Counted from the first letter of the stretch, positions 1-9,638 are shown. The stretch is DNA of 64,000 bases from Candidatus Scybalosoma faecavium (GCA_018716135.1 DVKG01000009.1:37525-101524); one strand, 5' to 3'. Numbers and translations: made by a program. Notes: a model not told the origin generated them from the letters alone.

Positions 1-1
1 T

Positions 2-1333
2 ATTAATATAGCTAAGCCCTTCCACATAGGTCATTTGTCCACGACGGCGATAGGCAACAGCTTATACCGCATATATAATTTTCTGGGCTTCAAAAGCGTC
101 GGCATAAATCACCTCGGCGACTGGGGTACGCAATTCGGCAAGCTGATAGTCGCCTACAAGCTCTGGGGCGACGAGAGCGACATCAACGCACGCGGCGTCC
201 GCGCGCTGTTTGAGCTTTACGTCAAATATCATCAGGAAGCGGAAAACAAGCCCGAGATGGACGACGACGCAAGGGCGTGGTTCAAAAAAATCGAAGACGG
301 AGATGAAGAAGCGCTCTCTCTGTTCTCTTGGTTCAAAGAGCTTACGCTTAAAGACGTCAGCAGGGTTTACGATCTTCTCGGCGTTACCTTCGATTCATAC
401 GCCGGGGAAAGCTTCTACAACGACAAAATGCAGCCCGTCATAGACGAGCTGAAGGAAAAAGGCCTGCTTGAGCTTTCGGAAGGCGCATACGTCGTCCGCC
501 TGGACGACGCTGATCTGCCGCCCTGCATAATCCTCAAATCAGACGGCACAACGCTCTACGCTACGCGCGATCTGGCGGCGGCGTTCTACCGCAAAAAGCA
601 CTATGATTTCTACAAATCATTGTACGTAGTCGCATATCAGCAAAATCTGCATTTCAAACAGATATTTAAAGTCCTGGAAATGATGGGCTGCGAATGGTCG
701 GCGGACTGCGAGCACGTAGCGTTTGGAATGGTGTCCTTGACAGACGGCACCTTATCCACACGCAAGGGCAAGGTGGTCTTTCTCGAGGACGTTCTCGCAA
801 AGGCTATAGAAAAAACTACTGAAATTATAGAAGAAAAGAGCCCTAATCTTGAAAACAAAGATGAAGTTGCCAAGACTATCGGCGTCGGCGCAGTAGTTTT
901 CAGCGTCTTGTCTAACAGCAGAATAAAGGACATTACCTTCGATTTCGACCGCGTCCTCAACTTCGACGGCGAGACGGGTCCCTACTGCCAATATACTCAT
1001 GCGCGCTGCTGCTCCGTCCTTCGCAAGGCAGGAGCTATGACAGCAGAGCCGGATTACGCCGCGCTCGCCTCAGACCAAGCATTTGCAGTGCTGCGCATAA
1101 TCGAGAGTTTCCCGGAGGACATTGTACGCGCGATGCAAAAAAACGAGCCCAGCATAATCACACGTCAGGTAGTCGCGCTGGCTCAGGCTTTCAACCGTTT
1201 CTACTACGACGTCCGCATAATCGACGACGACGCAGCGGGTACGGCGGCGCGTGTCGCTCTCGCTAAAGCTACGGCTCAGGTCATAAAAACAGGACTCTAT
1301 CTCATCGGAGTCGGAGCGCCGGACAGAATGTAA
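2..1333 (+). CDS. argS: Arginine--tRNA ligase, 5'-truncated by the window edge
   Basis: The frame is open from nt 2 (..KPFHIGHLSTTAIGNS, class I HIGH motif). The C-terminal region looks like an anticodon-binding domain. Same frame as track ORF 35..1333. Confidence 0.9.
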   Translation: MNIAKPFHIGHLSTTAIGNSLYRIYNFLGFKSVGINHLGDWGTQFGKLIVAYKLWGDESDINARGVRALFELYVKYHQEAENKPEMDDDARAWFKKIEDGDEEALSLFSWFKELTLKDVSRVYDLLGVTFDSYAGESFYNDKMQPVIDELKEKGLLELSEGAYVVRLDDADLPPCIILKSDGTTLYATRDLAAAFYRKKHYDFYKSLYVVAYQQNLHFKQIFKVLEMMGCEWSADCEHVAFGMVSLTDGTLSTRKGKVVFLEDVLAKAIEKTTEIIEEKSPNLENKDEVAKTIGVGAVVFSVLSNSRIKDITFDFDRVLNFDGETGPYCQYTHARCCSVLRKAGAMTAEPDYAALASDQAFAVLRIIESFPEDIVRAMQKNEPSIITRQVVALAQAFNRFYYDVRIIDDDAAGTAARVALAKATAQVIKTGLYLIGVGAPDRM

Positions 1334-1414
1334 GCGCATTAAAGCATAAAATATCGTCAATAAACTAATTAATTTTTAGAATACAATTCATTATGTTACA
1401 AAAGGAGCACTGCA

Positions 1415-2680
1415 ATGCTAGACATAAAAAGAATACGCGAAAACCCCGAAGCTGTTAAAGCAGCGCTGGAACGCCGCGGCAAAGGTCAGAGCATAGACGA
1501 AATACTCAATCTCGACTCTAAGCGCCGCGCCATAGTCGCCGAAGTAGAAGCGCTGAAAAGCAAGAGAAACAGCGAATCCAAGAGCATACCCGCTCTCAAG
1601 AAAAAGGGCGAGGACGTCTCGGCTATTTTCGAAGATATGAAGCGTCTCGGAGAGGACATAAAAAAAATGGACGCCGAGCTGGACGCAATAGAGAAGGAGC
1701 TCAAGCTGCTTCTCATGAGCACACCGAACACGCCCAATCCCGAAATCCCCGACGGTCTGGACGACACTCAGAACGTCGAGGTTCGCAAATTCATGGAGCC
1801 TACAACATTTGATTTTGAGCCTAAAGCACATTGGGATATCGGAGCGGCTCTCGATATACTCGACGCTCAAACCGCCGCGGCTGTCACCGGCGCGCGCTTT
1901 ACGTTCTATAAAGGTCTCGGCGCGAGACTGGAACGCGCGCTCATTTCCTTCATGCTGGATGTGCACACAGACAACGGATATACCGAGGTTCTCCCACCGT
2001 ATATCGCACATGCGCGCTCTCTCCAGGGCACGGGCCAGCTCCCGAAGTTCGAAGAGGACATGTTCCATCTCGACGGCACCGATTATTATCTCATCCCCAC
2101 AGCTGAGGTTCCTGTGACTAACATGCTGCGCGAAAAAGTAATTCCCGGAGACAGCCTGCCGCAGTATTATTGTGCATACAGCGCATGCTTCCGCGCGGAA
2201 GCCGGCAGCGCAGGCAGAGACACACGCGGTCTTATTCGTCAGCATCAGTTCAACAAGGTCGAGCTGGTCAAATTCGTAAAACCCGAAACGAGCTACGACG
2301 AGCTGGAAAGTCTGACAGCAGAAGCAGAGAAAATATTGCAGCTGCTCAAGCTCCCCTACCACGTCGTCACGCTCTGCGCCGGAGACATAGGCTTCTCCTC
2401 CGCCAAGACATACGACCTCGAGGTTTGGATGCCGAGCTATGGCCGCTATGTAGAAATATCCTCCTGCTCCAACTTCGAGGACTTCCAGGCACGCCGCGCT
2501 AACATCAGATTTAAAGACGCAGGCGGCAAACCCGAATTCGTGCATACGCTGAACGGCAGCGGTCTTGCCATCGGCCGCACAGTAGCCGCAATTCTCGAAA
2601 ACTACCAAAGACCGGACGGCTCTGTAGAAATACCTGAAGTTCTCGTACCTTACATGCGCGGAGCAACTGAAATTAAATAA
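1415..2680 (+). CDS. serS: Serine--tRNA ligase
   Basis: 421 aa with an N-terminal coiled-coil arm and class II motifs ([30 protein letters not shown]). GGAG RBS upstream. Confidence 0.95.
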   Translation: MLDIKRIRENPEAVKAALERRGKGQSIDEILNLDSKRRAIVAEVEALKSKRNSESKSIPALKKKGEDVSAIFEDMKRLGEDIKKMDAELDAIEKELKLLLMSTPNTPNPEIPDGLDDTQNVEVRKFMEPTTFDFEPKAHWDIGAALDILDAQTAAAVTGARFTFYKGLGARLERALISFMLDVHTDNGYTEVLPPYIAHARSLQGTGQLPKFEEDMFHLDGTDYYLIPTAEVPVTNMLREKVIPGDSLPQYYCAYSACFRAEAGSAGRDTRGLIRQHQFNKVELVKFVKPETSYDELESLTAEAEKILQLLKLPYHVVTLCAGDIGFSSAKTYDLEVWMPSYGRYVEISSCSNFEDFQARRANIRFKDAGGKPEFVHTLNGSGLAIGRTVAAILENYQRPDGSVEIPEVLVPYMRGATEIK

Positions 2681-2698
2681 TTTTTAAAACAAATCATC

Positions 2699-2742
2699 GG
2701 CGGTGCGCCTCGCTTTTTCGCGACGTACCGCCTTTTCATTTT
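2699..2742 (+). terminator. Intrinsic terminator after serS
   Basis: GGCGGUGCG ... CGUACCGCC stem (one G-U pair) followed by UUUUCAUUUU. Confidence 0.7.
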
Positions 2743-2995
2743 AATTTCGCCGTCGGTCAACTTTTCCTGTTCTCACGCAATCGCTGCCAGCGTATAAAAA
2801 TACGCTTTTTTCGGCATTATATGCATATCTTTTTTCAATGTGGTTAGTTCGTTCTAACCGATTTACATTTTCTGCTATCTATAACAGTTCATTTCTTACT
2901 CATATAAGTTATACGCAGCTAACTAAATCAGATTTTACAGTGTTAAAATTTGAACAAAAAACATATATTTTCCTCAATTTTTCATGCAAAAGCAG

Positions 2996-3023
2996 TTGCA
3001 TTTTTTCTAAGACGTGTTACAAT
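2996..3023 (+). promoter_or_regulatory. Sigma-70-type promoter of the ferredoxin gene
   Basis: TTGCAT, 16-nt spacer, TACAAT with an extended -10 (TGtTACAAT). Lies ~35 nt upstream of the start codon. Confidence 0.55.
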
Positions 3024-3057
3024 GTATTTGTTAAGATTTTTAGGAGGTATCACAACC

Positions 3058-3228
3058 ATGGCTTATAAGATCACAGATGCATGTATCGCTTGCGGCGCTT
3101 GCGCAAGTGACTGCCCCGTTAGCGCTATCAAGGAAACAGACGACGGCTTCAAGATTGATGAAGGCGCTTGCATCGAATGCGGCGCATGTGCCGGCGGCTG
3201 CCCTGCTAACGCAATCGTAGAAGACTAA
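3058..3228 (+). CDS. 2x[4Fe-4S] ferredoxin (56 aa)
   Basis: Two cluster motifs, CIACGACASDCP and CIECGACAGGCP. AGGAGG lies 7 nt upstream of ATG 3058. The longer track ORF from 2950 has no RBS and starts upstream of the predicted promoter (2996..3023). Confidence 0.9.
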   Translation: MAYKITDACIACGACASDCPVSAIKETDDGFKIDEGACIECGACAGGCPANAIVED

Positions 3229-3249
3229 TTTTTTACCGAAGAAGATAAA

Positions 3250-3289
3250 GCCCTTTCCGTTGTTTTTTAACCGGAGGGCTTTTCTTTTA
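3250..3289 (+). terminator. Intrinsic terminator after ferredoxin
   Basis: GCCCU(UU)CCG ... CGGAGGGC hairpin followed by UUUUCUUUU. Confidence 0.55.
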
Positions 3290-3338
3290 TGTCTTTTTTT
3301 ATGTACACTTATGTGTTATAATGCATAGAGGTGTACAC

Positions 3339-4049
3339 ATGATTGACGATCTGCAATACAAGGGACTTAAAATATATCAAGGGGAGAGCGTATTCCGATT
3401 CGGCACAGACGCCGTCCTTCTCGCTTCTTTTGCTGCGGCTCGCCCGAATTCGCGCGCTGTCGAGCTTTGCGCCGGAACGGGCGTAATCTCTCTGCTCGTC
3501 TGCGCAAGAACGGGCGCGCACATCAAAGCCGTTGAAATACAACAGGGAGCTTATAGCCTTTTGGAAAAAAACATAGCTCTCAACGACATGAACGAAAGCA
3601 TAACGCCCATACACGGAGATCTGCGCGACGAGACAATTCTTCCGCCTGCCAGCGCAGATGTAGTAATCGTAAATCCGCCGTATGATAAACTGGGCACCGG
3701 AGGCATGTCTTCCAAAGAGGCAATACGCATAGCGCGCCACGAAGTGATGTGCACCCTCTCGGACGTCGCCAAGTGCGCTTCCCGCCTTCTTTCCACAGGC
3801 GGCAATCTCTATATGATACACCGCTCCTCACGCCTAAGTGAAATTTTTTCTGAGCTGGCGGCGAATCGCCTGATGCCCAAATACATCAGATTTGTACATC
3901 CGCGCGCCGACAAGCCGTCCGGTCTCGTTCTGCTGCACTGCACCAAGGACGCTCAGCCCGGGCTTCGCATAGGAGCGCCGCTCATACTTTATCGCGAGGA
4001 CGGCAGCTACACAGACGAACTGCTCTCCATATACCACCGTGAGAGATAG
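3339..4049 (+). CDS. Class I SAM-dependent N6-adenine methyltransferase, YabB / tRNA1(Val) m6A37 (TrmN6)-like
   Basis: SAM motif ELCAGTGVISL and catalytic NPPY (VIVNPPY). It sits immediately upstream of rsmI, as yabB does in Bacillus. Start moved to ATG 3339 (RBS AGAGGTG) because an extended -10 (TGtTATAAT, 3314..3322) covers the track start at 3321. Confidence 0.75.
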   Translation: MIDDLQYKGLKIYQGESVFRFGTDAVLLASFAAARPNSRAVELCAGTGVISLLVCARTGAHIKAVEIQQGAYSLLEKNIALNDMNESITPIHGDLRDETILPPASADVVIVNPPYDKLGTGGMSSKEAIRIARHEVMCTLSDVAKCASRLLSTGGNLYMIHRSSRLSEIFSELAANRLMPKYIRFVHPRADKPSGLVLLHCTKDAQPGLRIGAPLILYREDGSYTDELLSIYHRER

Positions 4050-4071
4050 ATAATACACAATCGGAGTTAAT

Positions 4072-4893
4072 ATGTCAGGACGTTTATATATAGTATCCAC
4101 CCCCATAGGCAATCTGGGAGACATAACGGCCCGCGCTTTAGAAACTCTGCGCACAGCAGATGTAATCGCGGCGGAAGACACCAGGCGCACAGCCGCTCTC
4201 CTCAGCGCATACGACATACACGGCAGTTTAATTTCTTTTCATGAACACAGTTCCAGAGCTAAAGCCGAAGAACTTCTCCGCCGTCTGCTCTCCGGCGAAA
4301 GCATAGCCATCGTTACCGACGCAGGCACGCCTATAATATCCGATCCCGGCGAGGTTCTGACAAAGCTCGCCGCAGACAACGGCATAGAAATCGTCAGCGT
4401 ACCCGGAGCATGCGCCGCTATAAGCGCGCTCACAGTCAGCGCAATAGACGCCTCCCGTTTCACATTCCAGGGCTTCCTGCCCAGAGACAAAACGCGCAGC
4501 GAGAGGATAAGCGAGGTCGTTCGCTCAGAGCTGACCTCCGTGCTTTACGAAAGTCCGCATCATCTCTCCCGCACTCTCTCTGAGCTGGCTCAGCTCATAC
4601 CCAATCGGAGCATCTCCGTCTGCAAGGAGCTGACCAAGCTGCACGAGAGCGTCTGGCGCGGAAATATTTCAGATGCTGCCGCTCATTTTTCAGAAGGAGC
4701 CCAGGGTGAATACGTTCTGGTCATAGCCGGAGCTGAATCCGCAGATGCCGACGAGCTGACAGACGAAGCGATTCTCAACCTGCTCCGCAACTGTATAAAA
4801 CGCGGAATGAGCCGAAAAGACGCCGTGAAAGACGTCACCGCACGGACGGGCGAACCGCGCAACCGTATATATTCTCTCAGCTCTAAGCTGTAA
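4072..4893 (+). CDS. rsmI: 16S rRNA (cytidine1402-2'-O)-methyltransferase
   Basis: 273 aa with the tetrapyrrole-methylase fold N-terminus LYIVSTPIGNLGDIT typical of RsmI/YabC. Confidence 0.9.
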   Translation: MSGRLYIVSTPIGNLGDITARALETLRTADVIAAEDTRRTAALLSAYDIHGSLISFHEHSSRAKAEELLRRLLSGESIAIVTDAGTPIISDPGEVLTKLAADNGIEIVSVPGACAAISALTVSAIDASRFTFQGFLPRDKTRSERISEVVRSELTSVLYESPHHLSRTLSELAQLIPNRSISVCKELTKLHESVWRGNISDAAAHFSEGAQGEYVLVIAGAESADADELTDEAILNLLRNCIKRGMSRKDAVKDVTARTGEPRNRIYSLSSKL

Positions 4894-4900
4894 ACATGTG

Positions 4901-4929
4901 TTGACAAAAACATAGCAAAATGATATTAT
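4901..4929 (+). promoter_or_regulatory. Sigma-70 promoter of the thiS operon
   Basis: TTGACA (4901..4906), 17-nt spacer, TATTAT (4924..4929). Confidence 0.7.
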
Positions 4930-4935
4930 ATATTT

Positions 4936-5007
4936 CAGAGTGATACCGATTAAGGCGTCACGAAGGGGTACACCACCTCGGGTGTAGTTCTTCGTGGCGT
5001 CTTTTTT
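4936..5007 (+). promoter_or_regulatory. Terminator-embedded leader upstream of thiS; candidate HMP-PP (thiS-motif) riboswitch
   Basis: A 12-bp stem 4954..4965 / 4990..5001 (GGCGUCACGAAG / CUUCGUGGCGUC), an internal loop GGG/GUU, a distal helix UACACC/GGUGUA with a 6-nt loop, then U6 (5002..5007). No TPP-aptamer hallmarks are present. The location directly 5' of thiS matches the described thiS motif. Confidence 0.5.
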
Positions 5008-5045
5008 ATTTCACTGCGAATTATTTTCAAGGAGGTTTATTCCAC

Positions 5046-5243
5046 ATGATAAAAGTGAACGGGCAACAGCACGTCGGTCTGGAGAGCCTGAGCGTACTCG
5101 AGCTGTTGGAGCGCAGCGGCTTTAAACCGGAGCGAGTAGCCGTAGAGCGAAACGGCGAGATCGTCCCCCGCGCCTCATTCGCAAACGTCAGACTCGCAGA
5201 CGGCGACAGAATAGAAATAGTCCACTTTGTAGGCGGAGGCTAA
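5046..5243 (+). CDS. thiS: Sulfur-carrier protein ThiS
   Basis: 65 aa, ubiquitin-like, C-terminal ..HFVGGG. AGGAGG RBS. Confidence 0.9.
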   Translation: MIKVNGQQHVGLESLSVLELLERSGFKPERVAVERNGEIVPRASFANVRLADGDRIEIVHFVGGG

Positions 5244-5246
5244 GCC

Positions 5247-5879
5247 ATGCTGAGCAAATCTGAAATAAACGCCGCGCTGGAAGAGAGACATGGCGCAGAC
5301 ATTCAGTCCAAGCTTTCCGCCGCGTCCGTAGGAATCGCAGGTCTGGGCGGCCTCGGTTCTAACGTCGCTGTTTACTTGACCAGACTCGGAGTCGGCCGTC
5401 TCGTTCTCGTCGATTTCGACAGAGTAGATATTACAAACTTAAACAGGCAGCATTACTTCCTGCCTCATATCGGACAATACAAGACAGACGCGCTTAAAGA
5501 ACAGCTTTTGCAAATTAATCCATATCTCAAATTTGAAACGCACACCGTGCGCATAACCTCGGAGAATGTGCGCGAGCTGTTCTCTGACTGCAATATAATC
5601 TGCGAAGCATTCGACAAGCCTGATCAAAAGGCGATGCTCGTCGAAGCGGTCCTGAGCCTACTGCCTAAAATCCCTATCGTCTCAGGCTCAGGCATGGCCG
5701 GCTTTGCTCCTGCTAACGAAATACGCACAGTAAAACGCCTCGGCCGCCTGTACCTATGCGGAGACGGCAGGAGCGATTCCGAAATATGCGGTGGGCTTAT
5801 GGCTCCCAGAGTAGCGGTTTGCGCAGCTCACGAGGCCACTGCGATACTTCGGTTAATATTAGGCGAAAGCCCGATTTAA
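5247..5879 (+). CDS. thiF: ThiS adenylyltransferase (short ThiF)
   Basis: 210 aa with the E1-like nucleotide-binding motif [15 protein letters not shown] and ..[13 protein letters not shown]. Confidence 0.85.
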   Translation: MLSKSEINAALEERHGADIQSKLSAASVGIAGLGGLGSNVAVYLTRLGVGRLVLVDFDRVDITNLNRQHYFLPHIGQYKTDALKEQLLQINPYLKFETHTVRITSENVRELFSDCNIICEAFDKPDQKAMLVEAVLSLLPKIPIVSGSGMAGFAPANEIRTVKRLGRLYLCGDGRSDSEICGGLMAPRVAVCAAHEATAILRLILGESPI

Positions 5880-5913
5880 AACTGACAATACTTTTATTTT
5901 ACAGGAGAAAATT

Positions 5914-6681
5914 ATGAACAACGATAAATTAGTAATAGGAAACCACGAATTTAATTCCCGATTCATACTCGGCTCGGGCAAATATTCGCTCGATTTGATA
6001 GACGCAGCTATAAAGCACGCAGGCGCGGAAATAATAACTCTTGCGCTCCGGCGCGCCAATTCCGTCACGGACAACATTCTGGATCACATTCCCGAAGGTG
6101 TTACGCTCCTGCCTAACACCTCAGGCGCGAGAAACGCAGACGAAGCAATTCGCATAGCGCGCCTGGCCCGTGAATGCGGATGCGGCGATTTTGTAAAAAT
6201 CGAGATAATGCGAGATACAAAATATCTTTTGCCCGACAACAGCGAAACGGTCAAGGCTACCGAAGCTCTCGCCAAAGAGGGATTTATCGTAATGCCTTAT
6301 ATGTACCCCGACCTTAATATCGCACGCGATCTGGCAAGCGCAGGGGCGGCGTGCATAATGCCTCTGGGCGCGCCGATAGGCTCCAACAGAGGGCTTGCAA
6401 CTAAAGAATTTATTCAAATACTCATAGACGAAATAGATCTCCCGATAATTGTAGACGCGGGCATCGGCCGTCCGTCTCAGGCTTGCGAAGCCATGGAAAT
6501 GGGCGCGGCAGCTATAATGGCTAACACCGCCATAGCCACCGCGGGAGATATCCCAGCTATGGCAGCGGCGTTTAAAAACGCTGTCATAGCAGGACGAACA
6601 GCATATCTGGCAGGTCTCGGCCGCGTGATAGATAAAGGCGCCTCCGCTTCCTCCCCGATGACCGACTTTCTGGCTGACTGA
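5914..6681 (+). CDS. thiG: Thiazole synthase
   Basis: 255 aa TIM-barrel ThiG sequence (..VMPYMYPD.., ..[12 protein letters not shown]..). Confidence 0.92.
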   Translation: MNNDKLVIGNHEFNSRFILGSGKYSLDLIDAAIKHAGAEIITLALRRANSVTDNILDHIPEGVTLLPNTSGARNADEAIRIARLARECGCGDFVKIEIMRDTKYLLPDNSETVKATEALAKEGFIVMPYMYPDLNIARDLASAGAACIMPLGAPIGSNRGLATKEFIQILIDEIDLPIIVDAGIGRPSQACEAMEMGAAAIMANTAIATAGDIPAMAAAFKNAVIAGRTAYLAGLGRVIDKGASASSPMTDFLAD

Positions 6682-6696
6682 TACGAGGTGAAAAAC

Positions 6697-7890
6697 ATGA
6701 CAAATTCGCAGCCTATGGAAGGCATAGAAGTAATTGAAATAAAAAATAAGACAAACCACATGGAATACATGCCGGGCATGGAGCAGATAGACCCGAGCAT
6801 ACGCAATCAGGTAATAAGCGCAATGCAAGCCTACAACCCCGACGCATATACTGCCGCTGACGTCCGCGCCGCTCTCGACGCGGCTCACCGCACGCCGGAG
6901 CATTTTGCCGCGCTGCTCTCCCCCGCCGCCGACGCTTATCTGGATGAAATGGCGTCTAGGGCACGCTCGGACAAACGGCGCTTTTTCGGAGACAACGTGT
7001 ATCTTTTTACTCCCATATACATATCCAACTACTGCGAAAATTACTGCATCTACTGCGGCTTTAACTGTCACAATCAAATCCGCAGAGCTAAGCTGGATAC
7101 AGAGGCAATAGAGCGGGAGATGGCCGCGATAGCCAAAACAGGCCTTGAGGAAATACTTATCCTGACCGGCGAAAGCAGAGCCAAGAGCAACGTAGAGTAC
7201 ATCGGCGAAGCGTGCAAAATCGCCCGCAAATATTTTAAGATGGTAGGCATAGAGGTTTACCCTATGAATTCGGATGAATACTCATATCTGCACGCATGCG
7301 GAGTAGATTATGTCACGGTATTTCAAGAGACGTATAATTCCGACAGATATGAACAGCTCCATCTCGCCGGTCACAAGCGCATATTCCCCTATCGCATAGA
7401 AGCCCAGGAGCGCGCCCTCATGGGCGGAATGCGCGGAGTAGCATTTGCCGCTCTGCTCGGTCTGGACGACTTCCGCAAAGACGCTTTCGCAACAGGAATG
7501 CACGCATATCTCCTGCAGCGCAAATATCCTCACGCGGAGATTTCATTTTCGTGTCCGCGTCTGCGTCCCATAGTCAACAACGACAGGATTAATCCTAAAG
7601 ACGTACACGAGCGTCAGCTTCTGCAAATAATGTGCGCATACCGCCTGTTTATGCCGTTCGCCGGAATGACAATATCTACACGCGAACGCCAAGGCTTTAG
7701 AGATAGAGTTATAGATATCGCCGCGACCAAAATATCCGCCGGCGTCTCAACCGGGATAGGCGGCCACATAGGCGAGGAGGAAGGCGACGATCAATTTGAA
7801 ATTGCAGACGGACGCACTGTAGACGAAGTCGTCAGCGCCATCCGCGAGCAGGGGCTGCAGCCCGTCATGAACGACTATGTATACGTATGA
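6697..7890 (+). CDS. thiH: 2-iminoacetate synthase (tyrosine lyase), radical SAM
   Basis: Radical SAM motif CENYCIYCGF. Overall ThiH-like length and operon context. ATG 6697 is preferred (GAGGTG lies 6 nt upstream) over the track GTG at 6688. Confidence 0.85.
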   Translation: MTNSQPMEGIEVIEIKNKTNHMEYMPGMEQIDPSIRNQVISAMQAYNPDAYTAADVRAALDAAHRTPEHFAALLSPAADAYLDEMASRARSDKRRFFGDNVYLFTPIYISNYCENYCIYCGFNCHNQIRRAKLDTEAIEREMAAIAKTGLEEILILTGESRAKSNVEYIGEACKIARKYFKMVGIEVYPMNSDEYSYLHACGVDYVTVFQETYNSDRYEQLHLAGHKRIFPYRIEAQERALMGGMRGVAFAALLGLDDFRKDAFATGMHAYLLQRKYPHAEISFSCPRLRPIVNNDRINPKDVHERQLLQIMCAYRLFMPFAGMTISTRERQGFRDRVIDIAATKISAGVSTGIGGHIGEEEGDDQFEIADGRTVDEVVSAIREQGLQPVMNDYVYV

Positions 7891-8479
7891 TAACTTTGAC
7901 ATAATCTGCATCACAAACAGAAAACTCTGCGATACAGATCTGAGCTGCAAGGTAAGCGAGCTTTGCAAAGCCGGCGCGGACAGAATAATTCTTCGTGAAA
8001 AAGACCTCAGCGAGCATGAATACGTCAATCTGGCTAGACGTATTCTGAGCGAAATAGGCGAACGGCTGATACTTCACTCCTTTCCCTCCGCCTGCGCGCA
8101 GCTAAACGCGCCGCGGCTTCATCTCCCTCTGCACGTTTTGAAACAAAACTCAAATTCAAAACAAAAGCTCACTCTGCTCGGAGCGTCCGTTCACTCCGCA
8201 GCAGAAGCCAAAGAGGCAGAACGTCTCGGCGTTGACTACGTAATCGCAGGGCATATTTTCGACACGGGATGCAAGCCGGATGTTCCCGGACGAGGCTTGA
8301 GTTATCTCAAAAACATCTGCGAATGCGTGAGCATACCCGTCTATGCCATAGGCGGAATCTCGCCCGGAAATATAGCAAAAATCCGCCTCTCGGGCGCAAG
8401 AGGAGCGTGCGTCATGAGCGGAGCCATGCAAAGCAACGATGTATACTCATATATAAAAGAGCTTCGAGAGGCTCTGTAA
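7877..8479 (+). CDS. tenI: TenI-like thiazole tautomerase / thiamine-phosphate synthase superfamily protein
   Basis: 200 aa. The block GHIFDTGCKPDVPGRGLSYL..IPVYAIGG resembles my recollection of B. subtilis TenI (GHVFETDCKKGLEGRG) more than ThiE (GPIYPTETKKD). The start overlaps the thiH 3' end. Confidence 0.55.
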   Translation: MYTYDNFDIICITNRKLCDTDLSCKVSELCKAGADRIILREKDLSEHEYVNLARRILSEIGERLILHSFPSACAQLNAPRLHLPLHVLKQNSNSKQKLTLLGASVHSAAEAKEAERLGVDYVIAGHIFDTGCKPDVPGRGLSYLKNICECVSIPVYAIGGISPGNIAKIRLSGARGACVMSGAMQSNDVYSYIKELREAL

Positions 8480-8486
8480 AAAAAAC

Positions 8487-8524
8487 ATCCGAGTGACGTC
8501 TCATCTTCTCAGGCGCACTCGGAT
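8487..8524. terminator. Convergent (bidirectional) terminator between tenI and the cupin gene
   Basis: AUCCGAGUG ... CACUCGGAU hairpin, flanked by an A-run on the left and UUGCAUUUUA on the right. Confidence 0.6.
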
Positions 8525-8531
8525 TTGCATT

Positions 8532-8876
8532 TTAAAATATTACAGTCAACAGCATTTTAAACCGTTCCTCACCGTACACAGAATGAGGGATCTTCGCCGG
8601 CATAACTATACTCTCCCCGGTATTCAGAATATAACTCTTCTCTTCTATAGTAAACTTCCCCACGCCATCCAGAACAATTGCCAAAGCGTCTCCTCCCGAT
8701 TCGTGAGCGCTTATCTCCTCGCCTTTTTCAAACGCAAACAAAGTCAGAGTCACTGCTTTGTTCTGCGCCAGAGTTTTACTAACTACCTGACCTTCCTGAT
8801 AGCTCACTTCATCCTTGAGCGTCAGCATCTTTTCTTTTTCTATGTTTTTGATACTCATAGTTTTTCTCCACCTCAT
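8532..8876 (-). CDS. Cupin domain protein
   Basis: 114 aa with cupin motifs (..GEEISAHESGGDALAIVLDG.., ..MPAKIPHSV..). GGAG RBS. Confidence 0.7.
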   Translation of the reverse strand: MRWRKTMSIKNIEKEKMLTLKDEVSYQEGQVVSKTLAQNKAVTLTLFAFEKGEEISAHESGGDALAIVLDGVGKFTIEEKSYILNTGESIVMPAKIPHSVYGEERFKMLLTVIF

Positions 8877-9005
8877 TTGTTTTTCACTACATATTTTGCT
8901 CCATATAAGACGCTGTTATTAACAAAAATAAAAGAGAGCGCACCCAAAAGCGCGCCCTCCTCAAAGATAGAAGGTAGTATATGTTCGGGCTTAAACCCAA
9001 ATCAA

Positions 9006-9638
9006 TTATTCATCGTCTTCATCCGCAAATTTAGCATTTGCATAGTCGATTATCAGTTTTACAACTTTGTCAAAGCCCATAGAGCTGCTCAGAGCCAGCT
9101 CGTAGCTATCTACCGCATTCCAGTTTTTGTCCGTATAGAAATTGTAATAAGACGAGCGTTTTTTGTCTATCTTTTTGATAGCGTCCGTCACGTTGCGCTC
9201 TGTCATGCCGTAGTCTATCGCCGCTCTCTGCGCTCTCTCGTTGAGCGGAGCATGTATGAATACGTTTACCGTGCGGGGATGATCTCTCAGGACATAATCT
9301 GCGCAGCGTCCGACGATTACCGCACCGCCTTTGGATGCGATATCCTCTATCGCTTTAGTCTGCGCCTGAACGAGACGATCGTTTATCGTCATTCCCGCGC
9401 CTGTTCCCGCCTGAGAATAGGCGTAATTGCCCATGACCATTGCGTAAAGAAAATTGCTCGCAGGCTTTTCGTCCAGACTTTCAAAAAGCTCTTCGCTTAT
9501 CCCGCTTTCCTTAGCCGCTTCTGTCAGCAATTCTTTATCATAGAAAGGAATACCCAGCTGCTTTGCAAGCATTTTGCCTATGATCCTGCCGCCGCTTCCA
9601 AACTGTCTGCCGATGGTGAAAACTGTTTTCGTAGCCAT
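9006..9638 (-). CDS. Cytidylate kinase-like family protein (AAA/Cmk2 type)
   Basis: Start moved to ATG 9638 (MATKTVFTIGRQFGSGGRIIG, P-loop-like) with AGGAGG upstream. The N-terminal extension in the track ORF lies in AT-rich promoter DNA. Confidence 0.75.
   Translation of the reverse strand: MATKTVFTIGRQFGSGGRIIGKMLAKQLGIPFYDKELLTEAAKESGISEELFESLDEKPASNFLYAMVMGNYAYSQAGTGAGMTINDRLVQAQTKAIEDIASKGGAVIVGRCADYVLRDHPRTVNVFIHAPLNERAQRAAIDYGMTERNVTDAIKKIDKKRSSYYNFYTDKNWNAVDSYELALSSSMGFDKVVKLIIDYANAKFADEDDE

Noticed and set aside
1334-1414. T-box leaders upstream of the aminoacyl-tRNA synthetase genes (serS, metG).
   Set aside because: The serS upstream gap is only 81 nt, AT-rich and unstructured. 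metG is translationally coupled to the upstream gene. No T-box sequence (AAUUAGGGUGGNACCGCG-like) was seen.
1418-2608. Long antisense ORFs opposite real genes. Examples: 1418..2608 opposite serS, 6121..7077 opposite thiG/thiH, 37734..38666 opposite rplD/rplC, 49239..50312 opposite smc, 54310..55332 opposite the M20 gene, and 56622..57356 opposite murF.
   Set aside because: These are shadow frames produced by the strong GC3 bias of the sense genes. None has an RBS or any recognisable domain, whereas every sense partner is a clear housekeeping protein.
4894-5045. A TPP (THI-box) riboswitch would be expected upstream of a thiamine operon.
   Set aside because: None of the conserved TPP aptamer segments (CUGAGA, ACCUGAUCUGGAUAAUGCCAGCG-like) is present. 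The leader between the promoter and the terminator is also too short (~70 nt) to hold the aptamer.
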